The notes beneath the pieces are model-generated. The model was not told the origin of the DNA. It worked only from the letters and a program-made list of their open reading frames with translations, and searched no databases. From Candidatus Nezhaarchaeales archaeon (lineage in GTDB: Archaea; Thermoproteota; Methanomethylicia; Nezhaarchaeales; WYZ-LMO8): 64,000 bases of DNA. Each line of letters starts with the position of its first letter. Position 1 is the stretch's first letter. Shown here piece by piece: positions 1 through 8,015 of the stretch. A program made the translations under genes and the position numbers. The stretch is from NCBI GenBank assembly GCA_038887515.1, contig JAWAKK010000002.1:64001-128000 (forward strand), read 5' to 3'.

Positions 1-300
1 GAGTATGGAACCGCTCGCTATCTCCCTGTTAATAGCGTCAAAGGCTAGAGCCATTCCGATTATTGGACCAAAAACGCTCATAAAGTAAATGAAGGGGGGC
101 ATCGGAGATGGAGCGCCGGTAAAGAGCCTTAAGAAGGCTGTTGTCTGATCCATTTCTCGTAGAGGTTGGGCTGCTATAGATTGAGCCCCCATGTATGAGG
201 TCGACAGGCCGGTTACAAGTATTAAAGCAAAAACCAAGAGAAACCTCCTACTACTTAAATGGTCTGCAACTTCCTTCCTAATTATTGGGATTACTCCCAA
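1..300 (-). CDS. ABC-2 type transporter permease (N-terminal part, runs off window edge)
   Basis: Manual translation from TTG at 300: MGVIPIIRKEVADHLSSRRFLLVFALIL...GMALAFDAINREIASGSIL; hydrophobic, with the ABC-2 permease 'KE..D...SRRF' and 'D.I.RE..SG' motifs; directly downstream of the ABC ATPase. Confidence 0.85.
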   Translation of the reverse strand, partial: MGVIPIIRKEVADHLSSRRFLLVFALILVTGLSTSYMGAQSIAAQPLREMDQTTAFLRLFTGAPSPMPPFIYFMSVFGPIIGMALAFDAINREIASGSIL

Positions 301-303
301 GCC

Positions 304-1221
304 CTATCCCCCAAAGTACTTTATGTATAGTTCGTCTAAACTCGGCATCCTAAGCTTAAGCTCTAATACGAGACTACCTTTATCGAGCGCTAACCGAGCG
401 ATCTCCTTCCTTAAGTCTCTTTCAGCTCTTATAACCAGCTTGTTCCCCATCCTAATTACTTCCTTAACCCCTCCGAGGTCCCTTATGGATTGTATGAGAT
501 CGTCATTTACGGCGTCAAACTCGGCCTCTGTGATCTTTTCTCCTTTAGCTAGATCCTCGATACTACCTATGGCTACAAGCTCGCCCTTACTCATTATAGC
601 AACCCTATCACATATCTTCTGGACTTGATAAAGCTGGTGAGAGGACATAAGCACCGTAACCTTTTCTTCTCTTGACAGCCTCCTAACTAACGAGAGTATC
701 TGCTCAGCTCCTTCAGGGTCTATGCCAGCCGTCGGTTCATCGAGTATTAGAACCTTCGGTCTCTTTATTAGGGCGTCGGCTATCGCTAAACGCTGCTTCA
801 TCCCTCTAGAGAACTTACCGACTTTTTCATCAGCCCACCCCTTCAATCCTACCTTCTCGAGAAGCTCGTCGATTCTTTCCCTCCTTTCTCTCCCAGCTAC
901 TCTGTTGAGCTCAGCTGTGAAACTTAAGTTCTCTCTTGCAGTCAGATCGTCGTAGAGCCCTATGTTTTCCGGCACAAAGCCTACTCTCCTCCTAACCTCT
1001 ATCGTATCCCTAGCCACGTTGTAGCCGTCTATCCATGCCTCACCTCTAGTCGGCGGAATAAGGCCTAGGAGCATGAGAATCGTAGTGGTCTTCCCAGCGC
1101 CGTTAGGGCCTAAGAGACCGAATACCTCTCCAGTGTAGACCTTCATGTTTAAGTTCTTAACAGCTGTAAAACCGTCATACTCCTTAGTCAAGTCTATGGT
1201 CTCTATTACCGCCTTCTTCAT
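304..1221 (-). CDS. ABC transporter ATP-binding protein (ABC-2/exporter type)
   Basis: Walker A GPNGAGKTT, signature FSRGMKQ, Walker B ILDEP, H-loop SSH. Confidence 0.95.
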   Translation of the reverse strand: MKKAVIETIDLTKEYDGFTAVKNLNMKVYTGEVFGLLGPNGAGKTTTILMLLGLIPPTRGEAWIDGYNVARDTIEVRRRVGFVPENIGLYDDLTARENLSFTAELNRVAGRERRERIDELLEKVGLKGWADEKVGKFSRGMKQRLAIADALIKRPKVLILDEPTAGIDPEGAEQILSLVRRLSREEKVTVLMSSHQLYQVQKICDRVAIMSKGELVAIGSIEDLAKGEKITEAEFDAVNDDLIQSIRDLGGVKEVIRMGNKLVIRAERDLRKEIARLALDKGSLVLELKLRMPSLDELYIKYFGG

Positions 1222-2411
1222 GGCCTACCGTATCTCCTGAAGACAACTACTAACCCTAAGACCGAGGCAACAACCACCACTAACCCTACGATTCCCCAGT
1301 ACGTGGGTTTAATCACCGTTAGCCTTAGTGTTATCTCTGTTGAAGTCTCCATGGTGTAAGCTCGTACTACTAGTGAGTAGTCGCCAGCTAGCGCCCCCGA
1401 TGGAGGGGTCACTAACAAGGAAACTAGCGTGCTTGACCCTTGAGGTAGTATGTTTATTCTATCAGTCGATAGGGACGTCCTCCAGCCTGAAGGAGCGTAG
1501 CAAGCAAACCACATGTTGAGTAGGTTCGTGTTCCCTGCGTTTTCTACGACTAAAACTATTTCTTTAGTCTCTCCAGCGGTTAACTCGTAGCTCAGCAATT
1601 CATCGTAAGTTTTAAGGTTTATCTTTGGAGTACCTGAGACAAGGGCCTCTACGTCTATGCTTATCTCGACCCCTCCTTCTGCTACAATTATCTTTATCGG
1701 GTAAGTGCCGGGAGGAGTCTTTTCGGGGCACCAAACCTGGAGGACCGCACCACTGTAATCGCGTGCCTTAACTGTCAGAGTTGAAATAACAGTTGCTTCG
1801 TAAGCTGACGGCCTAAAGCCGAGCACCTGCCATCCTTCAGGTACTTGCGCTGAGAGGGCAAACGTCAAGTCTTTATACCCATTATTCTTTACGGTAAACC
1901 GAAAACTGAAGACCGAACCTGGAGATCCAGTAACCGACCTCGATGCTGCTTCAAGCAAGACTATCTCAGCAGACTTTCGTAAGTTTATGCTTAACGATAT
2001 GAGGTTTGACTTAGCCTTTCCGCTCATAGCATAAATGTAAAACATGTAGCTTCCTGGCTCTACTTCCTCGCCAGGTTCAAGGCTTAAAGTAAGTTCTACG
2101 GACTCTTTGGGTTTGAGGAGCAGTTGGGTAATGTTGTAGCCCTGATAGTTCTTGAGAACTAAGTTATAGCTCCACTTCTCAGGACATGTTATATTGAGCG
2201 CTACCACTTGATATTCTTCAAGTAGGTTCTCTATAGTTAAAGGTATACTTACCCCTCTTTCTTCAGTCACTATGCTTACGAAGGGGGTATAGATCCTTAA
2301 CCCATTCTCTTCAGTGGCTGAAGCCAAAGAGAGGCTTGAGAAAAGGGAGGCTGCGAGGGAGATAGCAATTACTAGGATTGTTAGGGACCTAATCCTAGAA
2401 CTACTACCCAT
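1218..2411 (-). CDS. Membrane-anchored Ig-like repeat (NEW3/COG1470-like) protein of the ABC operon
   Basis: Signal peptide after ATG at 2411 (MGSSSRIR...), three repeats with 'V.N.G', 'P.GW' and 'pG.Y' motifs, C-terminal TM helix plus RRYGRP; the ORF track extends to 2486. Confidence 0.8.
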   Translation of the reverse strand: MGSSSRIRSLTILVIAISLAASLFSSLSLASATEENGLRIYTPFVSIVTEERGVSIPLTIENLLEEYQVVALNITCPEKWSYNLVLKNYQGYNITQLLLKPKESVELTLSLEPGEEVEPGSYMFYIYAMSGKAKSNLISLSINLRKSAEIVLLEAASRSVTGSPGSVFSFRFTVKNNGYKDLTFALSAQVPEGWQVLGFRPSAYEATVISTLTVKARDYSGAVLQVWCPEKTPPGTYPIKIIVAEGGVEISIDVEALVSGTPKINLKTYDELLSYELTAGETKEIVLVVENAGNTNLLNMWFACYAPSGWRTSLSTDRINILPQGSSTLVSLLVTPPSGALAGDYSLVVRAYTMETSTEITLRLTVIKPTYWGIVGLVVVVASVLGLVVVFRRYGRP

Positions 2412-2469
2412 TTTTTCGCGAAAATAGGTAGAAGAATTATTGTAGGGCGTAGGGCTAGCTTTCGCTACC

Positions 2470-2503
2470 TCCATCATTATCATCAAGGATTGATAATGAT
2501 GGA
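2470..2503. repeat. 13-bp perfect inverted repeat upstream of the ABC operon (operator or RNA hairpin)
   Basis: TCCATCATTATCA-N8-TGATAATGATGGA read directly. Confidence 0.8.
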
Positions 2504-2590
2504 AGCTAATTAATAAGCGTTACTCTCAAATATAGAGAGCGAAGCTGTCGAACGAGGCTTAAGCCTACGAGTTTTATCGAACTAAGACTT

Positions 2591-2680
2591 CTACTTCTTC
2601 CGTATAATCGTAGCTATCGCTTTGTATAGGAAGATGAGGGCTAATATTATTGCTATGCTCGATACCAATGCATCCAACAT
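2591..2680 (-). CDS. Small single-TM membrane protein (29 aa)
   Basis: MLDALVSSIAIILALIFLYKAIATIIRKK*; SD AAGGTG upstream; BRE/TATA (AAAACTTTATATA) at 2730-2742. Confidence 0.65.
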   Translation of the reverse strand: MLDALVSSIAIILALIFLYKAIATIIRKK

Positions 2681-2844
2681 ATACTACACCTTTAATCGGA
2701 CAAAGAAAGTCCTCCTTAGTGCGCACCAATATATAAAGTTTTACTTTTAAGGCCATGTAAAACCTCCTCCCTCATGAAGTGCTTCAGTAACAGCCGTAAC
2801 CTAGATTCGGTACGCATCTCTTTCACGCAGTGGAGGTCCTGTGG

Positions 2845-2892
2845 GCTCTGCAGGAATTAAGGTTATAAGCTCTGCAGGAATTAAGGTTATAA
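2845..2892 (+). repeat. Perfect 24-bp tandem duplication containing a TATA-like TTATAA
   Basis: GCTCTGCAGGAATTAAGGTTATAA at 2845-2868 and again at 2869-2892. Confidence 0.9.
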
Positions 2893-2905
2893 GATGTAGC
2901 TTTAG

Positions 2906-3646
2906 GTGTTGAAGTGGGGGTATCAGTTGATTTATGGATCAACATTATCCTTCCAAGTTATTCATGCATTAAAGGAGAGGGGTATCGTAGTTGAAATAGA
3001 GAAGGTTAATGGACTCTTCTTGTATAGAAGGAAGGGAGGATTTCCCGAAGACTATGTTGAAAAGGTAACTAACGTCTCTAGGGAGGAAGGTTTCGTAATA
3101 CATCCAGTTCATTCAATACAACCAGAAGTCTCGACAAGTCTCCTACTTAGGCTATCTAAACCTTTGATGGTTGCGCCAGGCTCTACTGTTACGATTTACG
3201 TCAAGGCACCTATAAACGTAGGTGTCTACGTTGTTGAAAAAGATGCACATAGATTAATAGACTCCTTCAATCCTACTCCATACAAGTACGCACTCTACGG
3301 ACCCACTTCCAACGGCATAATATGCAGGTTCTATAGAACAGACATTTTCTCGAAACCCCCTTACACGGAGTTTTGGGAAGCTGTTGCGAAAATAACGATT
3401 GAAAATGAAGCTGAGAACTTCGCCGAAGTAAAGAACGTAGTATATCCTCTCTTGAATGCAGACGTCTACGTAGACAATGATGGAATGGCCTACGTAGAGG
3501 CCGCTCGCCTACAGATTTTTCGAGACAATGCAGGAGTTGTGTATCTAGAAAACGAGCCTCCTTTAGCTGGCCTGATAAAGTGTCCCGAGCAGTTCGGCGG
3601 GCTACAAGAGAGAGTCGCTAAGTTTATAATGGAATTCGGGCTTTAA
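2906..3646 (+). CDS. DUF432 family protein
   Basis: 'KYALYG....G.ICR' motif and position directly upstream of mscS, as usual for archaeal DUF432; start uncertain. Confidence 0.75.
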   Translation: MLKWGYQLIYGSTLSFQVIHALKERGIVVEIEKVNGLFLYRRKGGFPEDYVEKVTNVSREEGFVIHPVHSIQPEVSTSLLLRLSKPLMVAPGSTVTIYVKAPINVGVYVVEKDAHRLIDSFNPTPYKYALYGPTSNGIICRFYRTDIFSKPPYTEFWEAVAKITIENEAENFAEVKNVVYPLLNADVYVDNDGMAYVEAARLQIFRDNAGVVYLENEPPLAGLIKCPEQFGGLQERVAKFIMEFGL

Positions 3647-3655
3647 TGTGGTTTA

Positions 3656-4495
3656 ATGGACGTCTTAGAGTGGCTTAAGTCCCATTGGTACCACATCATT
3701 TACGTAATTGTGGCCATAGTAGCTGCCTTTTTCATAAGTATAGTTCTTGAGAGGATCATTAGGAGAGCGCTTACACAGAAGGTCTCCAAGAGCGTTATAG
3801 ACAATATACTAAAGCTACTGAGGTGCGTTATCCTGGTAATCGCCATTTTCGCGGCACTGGCTTCCGTAGGCGTAGACGTGACAGGAGCCTTGGTTGCAGG
3901 AGGATTTCTAGGAATCGTTATAGGTTTTGCAGCCCAGGCTTCTATATCAAACTTCATATCAGGAGTCCTACTGTTGCTCGAAAGGCCGTTCAGAATTGGA
4001 GACTTCATACATATAGGGGATGTTATTGGAGCGGTAGTAGAGGTAGGCATTTTATCGACGACAATAGTGACTTGGGATGGAGTTAAAGTACGCATACCTA
4101 GCTCTCAGATCTTTAATAGTAATTTTAGGAACTATAGTGCATCAAGAGCAAGGCTCGTAAGCACTACTGTTCAAATCCCATATTCGACAAGCATAGAGAA
4201 AGCAGTAGATGCTATAACAGCCAAGTTGAGGAGTCAATGGTACGTCCTGGAAGAGCCCAAACCTGTAGTCTTCGCAAAGAGTTTTGCAGATAGCGGAGTT
4301 GTACTTGAAGTTAGGGCCTGGACACCAGGATCGACTTGGTTTATACTTAATAGCAATTTAGCCAAGTTAGTGAAGGAGGCCCTCGACGAGGCTGGAATCG
4401 AAATACCTTTCCCGCAAAGAGTATTGTGGTTCGCTTCTTCGCTTAAGGTCGGAGAAGAGGGTGATGAGCGTTACGTCGGCTTGAAGCGCCAATGA
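3656..4495 (+). CDS. mscS: Small-conductance mechanosensitive channel
   Basis: Three TM helices; GIVIGFAAQ..ISNFISG.LLL.ERPFRIGD; C-terminal GIEIPFPQR. Confidence 0.95.
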   Translation: MDVLEWLKSHWYHIIYVIVAIVAAFFISIVLERIIRRALTQKVSKSVIDNILKLLRCVILVIAIFAALASVGVDVTGALVAGGFLGIVIGFAAQASISNFISGVLLLLERPFRIGDFIHIGDVIGAVVEVGILSTTIVTWDGVKVRIPSSQIFNSNFRNYSASRARLVSTTVQIPYSTSIEKAVDAITAKLRSQWYVLEEPKPVVFAKSFADSGVVLEVRAWTPGSTWFILNSNLAKLVKEALDEAGIEIPFPQRVLWFASSLKVGEEGDERYVGLKRQ

Positions 4496-4620
4496 TGCTT
4501 AGCGCAGTGATCTATGTACTCTTCATAGTCGTCGAATAATAGTTCGCACGTTCTACAGTAGGGCTTAAACCATAGTTTCGGGTTTCTCTCCAATTCTTCA
4601 ACTCCAACTTTTCGCGCCAA
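4471..4620 (-). CDS. Small stand-alone C2H2 zinc-finger protein (49 aa)
   Basis: MARKVGVEELERNPKLWFKPYCRTCELLFDDYEEYIDHCAKHHWRFKPT*; C-x2-C-x3-F-x5-Y-x2-H-x3-H; SD AAGGTG 6 nt before TTG. Confidence 0.8.
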   Translation of the reverse strand: MARKVGVEELERNPKLWFKPYCRTCELLFDDYEEYIDHCAKHHWRFKPT

Positions 4621-4742
4621 CGAAAACACCTTTAATGAATTATGCGTCAATTCCTACTCTTCAACTCAACGTAAATTAGTTGTTTCAGCGATAATTGAAG
4701 GTTACTGAATGGCGGTTAATTAGCTATCTCGTTCATCGCATA

Positions 4743-5771
4743 CTAGTAATCTTCAACGTTGGCCCACAACTTGGTTATTTCATCTTTAACGTAGCTCGAT
4801 ACTTCCTCGACCCTACCATCGACCCTGTGTAATAGTACTTTAGGTTCTTCTCCTTCAACTACCTTACCTATTACAGAGGGCCTTACCCCCATCCTATTAA
4901 GGAAGTCGAGGGCCGTATCTAACGACTCAGGCTTTATCGTCGCTATTAGGGTCCCACTACTTATGAGTTTAAGGGGGTCGATGCCCAACACTTCACAAAT
5001 GGTCTTAGTAGGTGTCCTTATTGGTATTCTGTCTTCGTAAACCTCTATTACACATCTTGAAGCCAAGGCTACCTCAAGAAGGCCGTTGAGCAGCCCTCCC
5101 TCCGTAGGATCGTGCATTGACGATGGGACCTTAATCTTCGCTAACGCTAAGGCTTCCTTCACCACGCTTATATCCTTGAAGTAACTTACAGCTTCGTCAA
5201 GCATACTTTGTTGAACACCTAAACTTAGGAGCTCCTCCACGAAGTCGCTGGCTATTATTGCCGTCCCCTCTAGCCCTACTGCCTTAGTCATTATAACGTA
5301 GTCTCCAGGCCTTGCTCCCTCGGTTAACGTAAGTTCATCTATTGACCCTACACCTAAAGAGGTCACGACAACTATTGGTCTCTTAACTCCTGGTGCTACT
5401 TCTGTGTGACCGCCAATAATCGTGCCGCCGACCTCTCTAAGCGCGGAATCCATTTGCTTGGTTATCATGTCTAGGGCTTCAACAGTGCTCGTCGATGGAA
5501 GGAGGATTACCGATAGAAACCACGTAGGCTTCACGCCTCTAACAGCTATATCGTTACTAGCTATATGTATGCTCAACCAACCTATTCTCTCCACAGCCTC
5601 CGTTATGGGATCTATGTGTATGGCTAGGACCTTGCCTCCCCCGATGTCTATTATCGCTGCATCCTCACCTATGCGAGGGCCTACGAGTACCTTACCGTCA
5701 GCAACCCCTATTCTCGAGAAAACTAAGCTTTCCAGTATGTCGGGAGGTATTTTCCCAAGTTGAAGCTTCAT
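4743..5771 (-). CDS. AIR synthase-related (HypE/ThiL/PurM superfamily) protein
   Basis: GEDAA, NDIA..G..P, GGHTE, GA.PGD and MHDPTEGGL motifs; likely ATG at 5771. Confidence 0.9.
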   Translation of the reverse strand: MKLQLGKIPPDILESLVFSRIGVADGKVLVGPRIGEDAAIIDIGGGKVLAIHIDPITEAVERIGWLSIHIASNDIAVRGVKPTWFLSVILLPSTSTVEALDMITKQMDSALREVGGTIIGGHTEVAPGVKRPIVVVTSLGVGSIDELTLTEGARPGDYVIMTKAVGLEGTAIIASDFVEELLSLGVQQSMLDEAVSYFKDISVVKEALALAKIKVPSSMHDPTEGGLLNGLLEVALASRCVIEVYEDRIPIRTPTKTICEVLGIDPLKLISSGTLIATIKPESLDTALDFLNRMGVRPSVIGKVVEGEEPKVLLHRVDGRVEEVSSYVKDEITKLWANVEDY

Positions 5772-5810
5772 TTCAAGACGCACCAGGCCTCTAACCGTGA
5801 TTGACATCAA

Positions 5811-5868
5811 GGTTCAGTGAGATCGGTGCTCATCATCTCTTAAATCAGGGGAGCTCTTCATCACTTAA
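5811..5868 (-). ncRNA. Box C/D methylation-guide sRNA
   Basis: GTGATGA (C) - agagctccc - CTGA (D') - ATGATGA (C') - gcaccgatctca - CTGA (D); all four boxes are consensus. Confidence 0.85.
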
Positions 5869-6078
5869 GCCTTTACGTAATCTATGAAGCCGCTCTTAGG
5901 TTTTATCCCTTTCGTTCAAATCCCGACGGAGGCGGTACAGGACCTTAAAGCAATGCGAGTGCAGGACCATCAAGTTCTCAACGAAGACTTAGAGGGGTGA
6001 AGAGGTTTCTAAGACCTCTGAAAATAAGAGGAAGGTCGAGTGCAAGATTTAAGGGAGTGGAGCTCGGTGAGATAAGCC

Positions 6079-6363
6079 GTGCCGAGGATAAGCAATGTCC
6101 TTTATTCTTATTGTGGGATTGTGTGTAGTTTTTGTAAGGCCTTTGTAAACGGCGATTGTGGTGGCTGTGATCGCCATACCGAAGCCTGCGAGTACGCTAA
6201 ATGTTGCTTAAATAGAAGTGTTAAGTGTTGCTTTGAGTGTAGCGAGTTTCCGTGTAGGCTTCACGTCGAAGGGTTTGCGTGGAGCACAGAAGAGCTTGGA
6301 ACTTTAAATTGGAAGGTGTACAGTAGAGGATTCTTAAACATGTTTCGTCCCAAAAAGAGGTGA
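6079..6363 (+). CDS. Cys-rich DUF3795-like protein
   Basis: CGxxCxxC...CxxC...C...CC...CCxxCxxFPC pattern. Confidence 0.75.
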   Translation: MPRISNVLYSYCGIVCSFCKAFVNGDCGGCDRHTEACEYAKCCLNRSVKCCFECSEFPCRLHVEGFAWSTEELGTLNWKVYSRGFLNMFRPKKR

Positions 6364-6397
6364 CGGTCAAATACTTAAGCCTACTAGGTATAAACCA

Positions 6398-6703
6398 CTA
6401 CTTGCCCTTATCTAGCACTATTATCTTGCCGTTGCTCCCAACGTTTAGTTCTAGCTCGCCTCTAAACTCTTTCGCGAAAGCGTTTTCTACCCTCACCTTG
6501 TAGCCTACGTTCACCATGTCTATTTGATCCCTCCACAAGTTCAGCTTTATTTGACCAGTACCATCATCTATTATTGCGTACGTCAGTTGTGCAGGGCCGT
6601 AGCGTGTTTGGACCGTTTTAGGCTTACCCTTTTCCACTACTATTCCCTCGACTACTAGTTCCCTCATTCCACCCTTTATTTCAGAGGTCTGCACTCTTTT
6701 CAT
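6398..6703 (-). CDS. ssb: Single-stranded DNA-binding protein, single OB fold
   Basis: DDGTG.IKL.LW, VRVENA, ELNVG..G.I; lacks a long C-terminal tail. Confidence 0.85.
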   Translation of the reverse strand: MKRVQTSEIKGGMRELVVEGIVVEKGKPKTVQTRYGPAQLTYAIIDDGTGQIKLNLWRDQIDMVNVGYKVRVENAFAKEFRGELELNVGSNGKIIVLDKGK

Positions 6704-6851
6704 TACATAACCTCCTTCCCTTTAAGGAAAGATTTCCGTGAGGAACTATAAAAACAATTGGTTCTGCCAGTTCCTGTCCATGAGCTTAAGGAGGACCAGG
6801 CGATAGCATCCTTAATTATCGTTATACGTAAGAATAGATTTTGGTAGAACC

Positions 6852-7835
6852 ATGGACGAAGAGTTCGTACTAGGAATAGACGTAGGCGCTACTAGGACTA
6901 GGATATGTCTTGGAACCGTAGACGGAATGATACATGTAAAGTATGTATATAGGACAGTTGAGATAGCACCGGACTTATCCAAGTTCATAATTAACGAAAT
7001 CAAAAAGCTATTCTCAGAGTATATTAGAAAGGTTATAGGAATAGGAATTGCCTCTATCGGGCCCCTTGACCTAAAGAGAGGAGTCATACTCTCTCCTCCG
7101 AACGCGCCTTTTAGGAACGTTGAAATAGTTTCTAAGGTAAGGAAGGCCTACGGGTTAGACGCCTTCTTGATCAACGACGCAGTAGCCGCTGCTTGGGCTG
7201 AAAAAGTTTATGGTTTAGGAAGGAGTGCCGAGAACTTGGTCTACATTACTTTAAGTACAGGAATAGGTGCAGGAGTGATAGTTGATGATAATCTATTGAT
7301 AGGTAAGGACGGCAATGCCCACGAAGTTGGGCATATAGTCATTGACAGCTTTGGACTCATGAAGTGTGGGTGTGGAGGTTATGGCCACTGGGAGGCCTAC
7401 TGCTCGGGTGCAAACGCTCCGAGATTCGTTGCAAAACTGGTTTACGAGAAATATAAGGATGAGGCTGGACGTAGCGCGCTATATGGTGACGTCCTCGAAG
7501 GTAAACTGAATACTGAAAAACTTTTCGAGTATGCTAAGCGTGGTGATGGTCTAGCTCTTAAAATTGTTAAAGAGGAGATAGGTAAGCTTAATGCTGCAGG
7601 TATAGCATCCGTAATTAATTGTTACGACCCCGAGATTGTCTTCCTGGGAGGTGCTATAGCTTTAAACAACGAAGATTTGGTCTTGAAGCCCATATTAAGG
7701 TACATAGATATGTACGCTACTAATAGAAAGCCGACAATAAGTTTAACGTGCTTTGGAGAGGACGTCGTATTGAAGGGTGCCATAGCTGTTGTTGTTAAAA
7801 CGCCACGAACCTTGAAAGAATACTACGAACCTTAG
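6852..7835 (+). CDS. ROK family sugar kinase (glucokinase-like)
   Basis: GIDVGAT, NDA.AAA.AE, STGIGAG, EVGH, CGCG..GHWEAY.SG. Confidence 0.92.
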   Translation: MDEEFVLGIDVGATRTRICLGTVDGMIHVKYVYRTVEIAPDLSKFIINEIKKLFSEYIRKVIGIGIASIGPLDLKRGVILSPPNAPFRNVEIVSKVRKAYGLDAFLINDAVAAAWAEKVYGLGRSAENLVYITLSTGIGAGVIVDDNLLIGKDGNAHEVGHIVIDSFGLMKCGCGGYGHWEAYCSGANAPRFVAKLVYEKYKDEAGRSALYGDVLEGKLNTEKLFEYAKRGDGLALKIVKEEIGKLNAAGIASVINCYDPEIVFLGGAIALNNEDLVLKPILRYIDMYATNRKPTISLTCFGEDVVLKGAIAVVVKTPRTLKEYYEP

Positions 7836-8015
7836 ATCTTTAATTGAAAGTCGAGCGTTCTAAATAACGGTCAGCTATCATTGCTTTGGGTTTCACTTAT
7901 ACGTTTTCCAAGATCGATGAGATCGTTGATCACTCACCTTTATGTTATGGTCGTGAAACCAACTATATTAGAAATCCGCATAGAGCTTTTATTCCTTCTT
8001 AACTAAAGGAAAACC

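Noticed and set aside
2574-2756. 60-aa ORF MALKVKLY... with GGAGG upstream
   Set aside because: No recognisable fold. It spans a strong TATA box and the better-supported 29-aa TM ORF in another frame.
2845-2892. 24-bp direct repeat considered as a CRISPR array
   Set aside because: Only two units with no spacer between them, and no cas genes in the window.
4684-4740. GCGATGA...CTGA on the - strand, resembling a C/D sRNA
   Set aside because: No usable C'/D' boxes, no terminal stem and no recognisable guide complement.
5996-6048. GTGAAGA-hairpin-CTGA (K-turn-like) upstream of the DUF3795 gene
   Set aside because: The second box pair is missing and the putative guide is self-paired, so it is too weak to call.
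7871-7940. 20-codon ORF MINDLIDLGK... after AAGGTGA on the - strand
   Set aside because: Too short, the SD abuts the start codon, and there is no motif.
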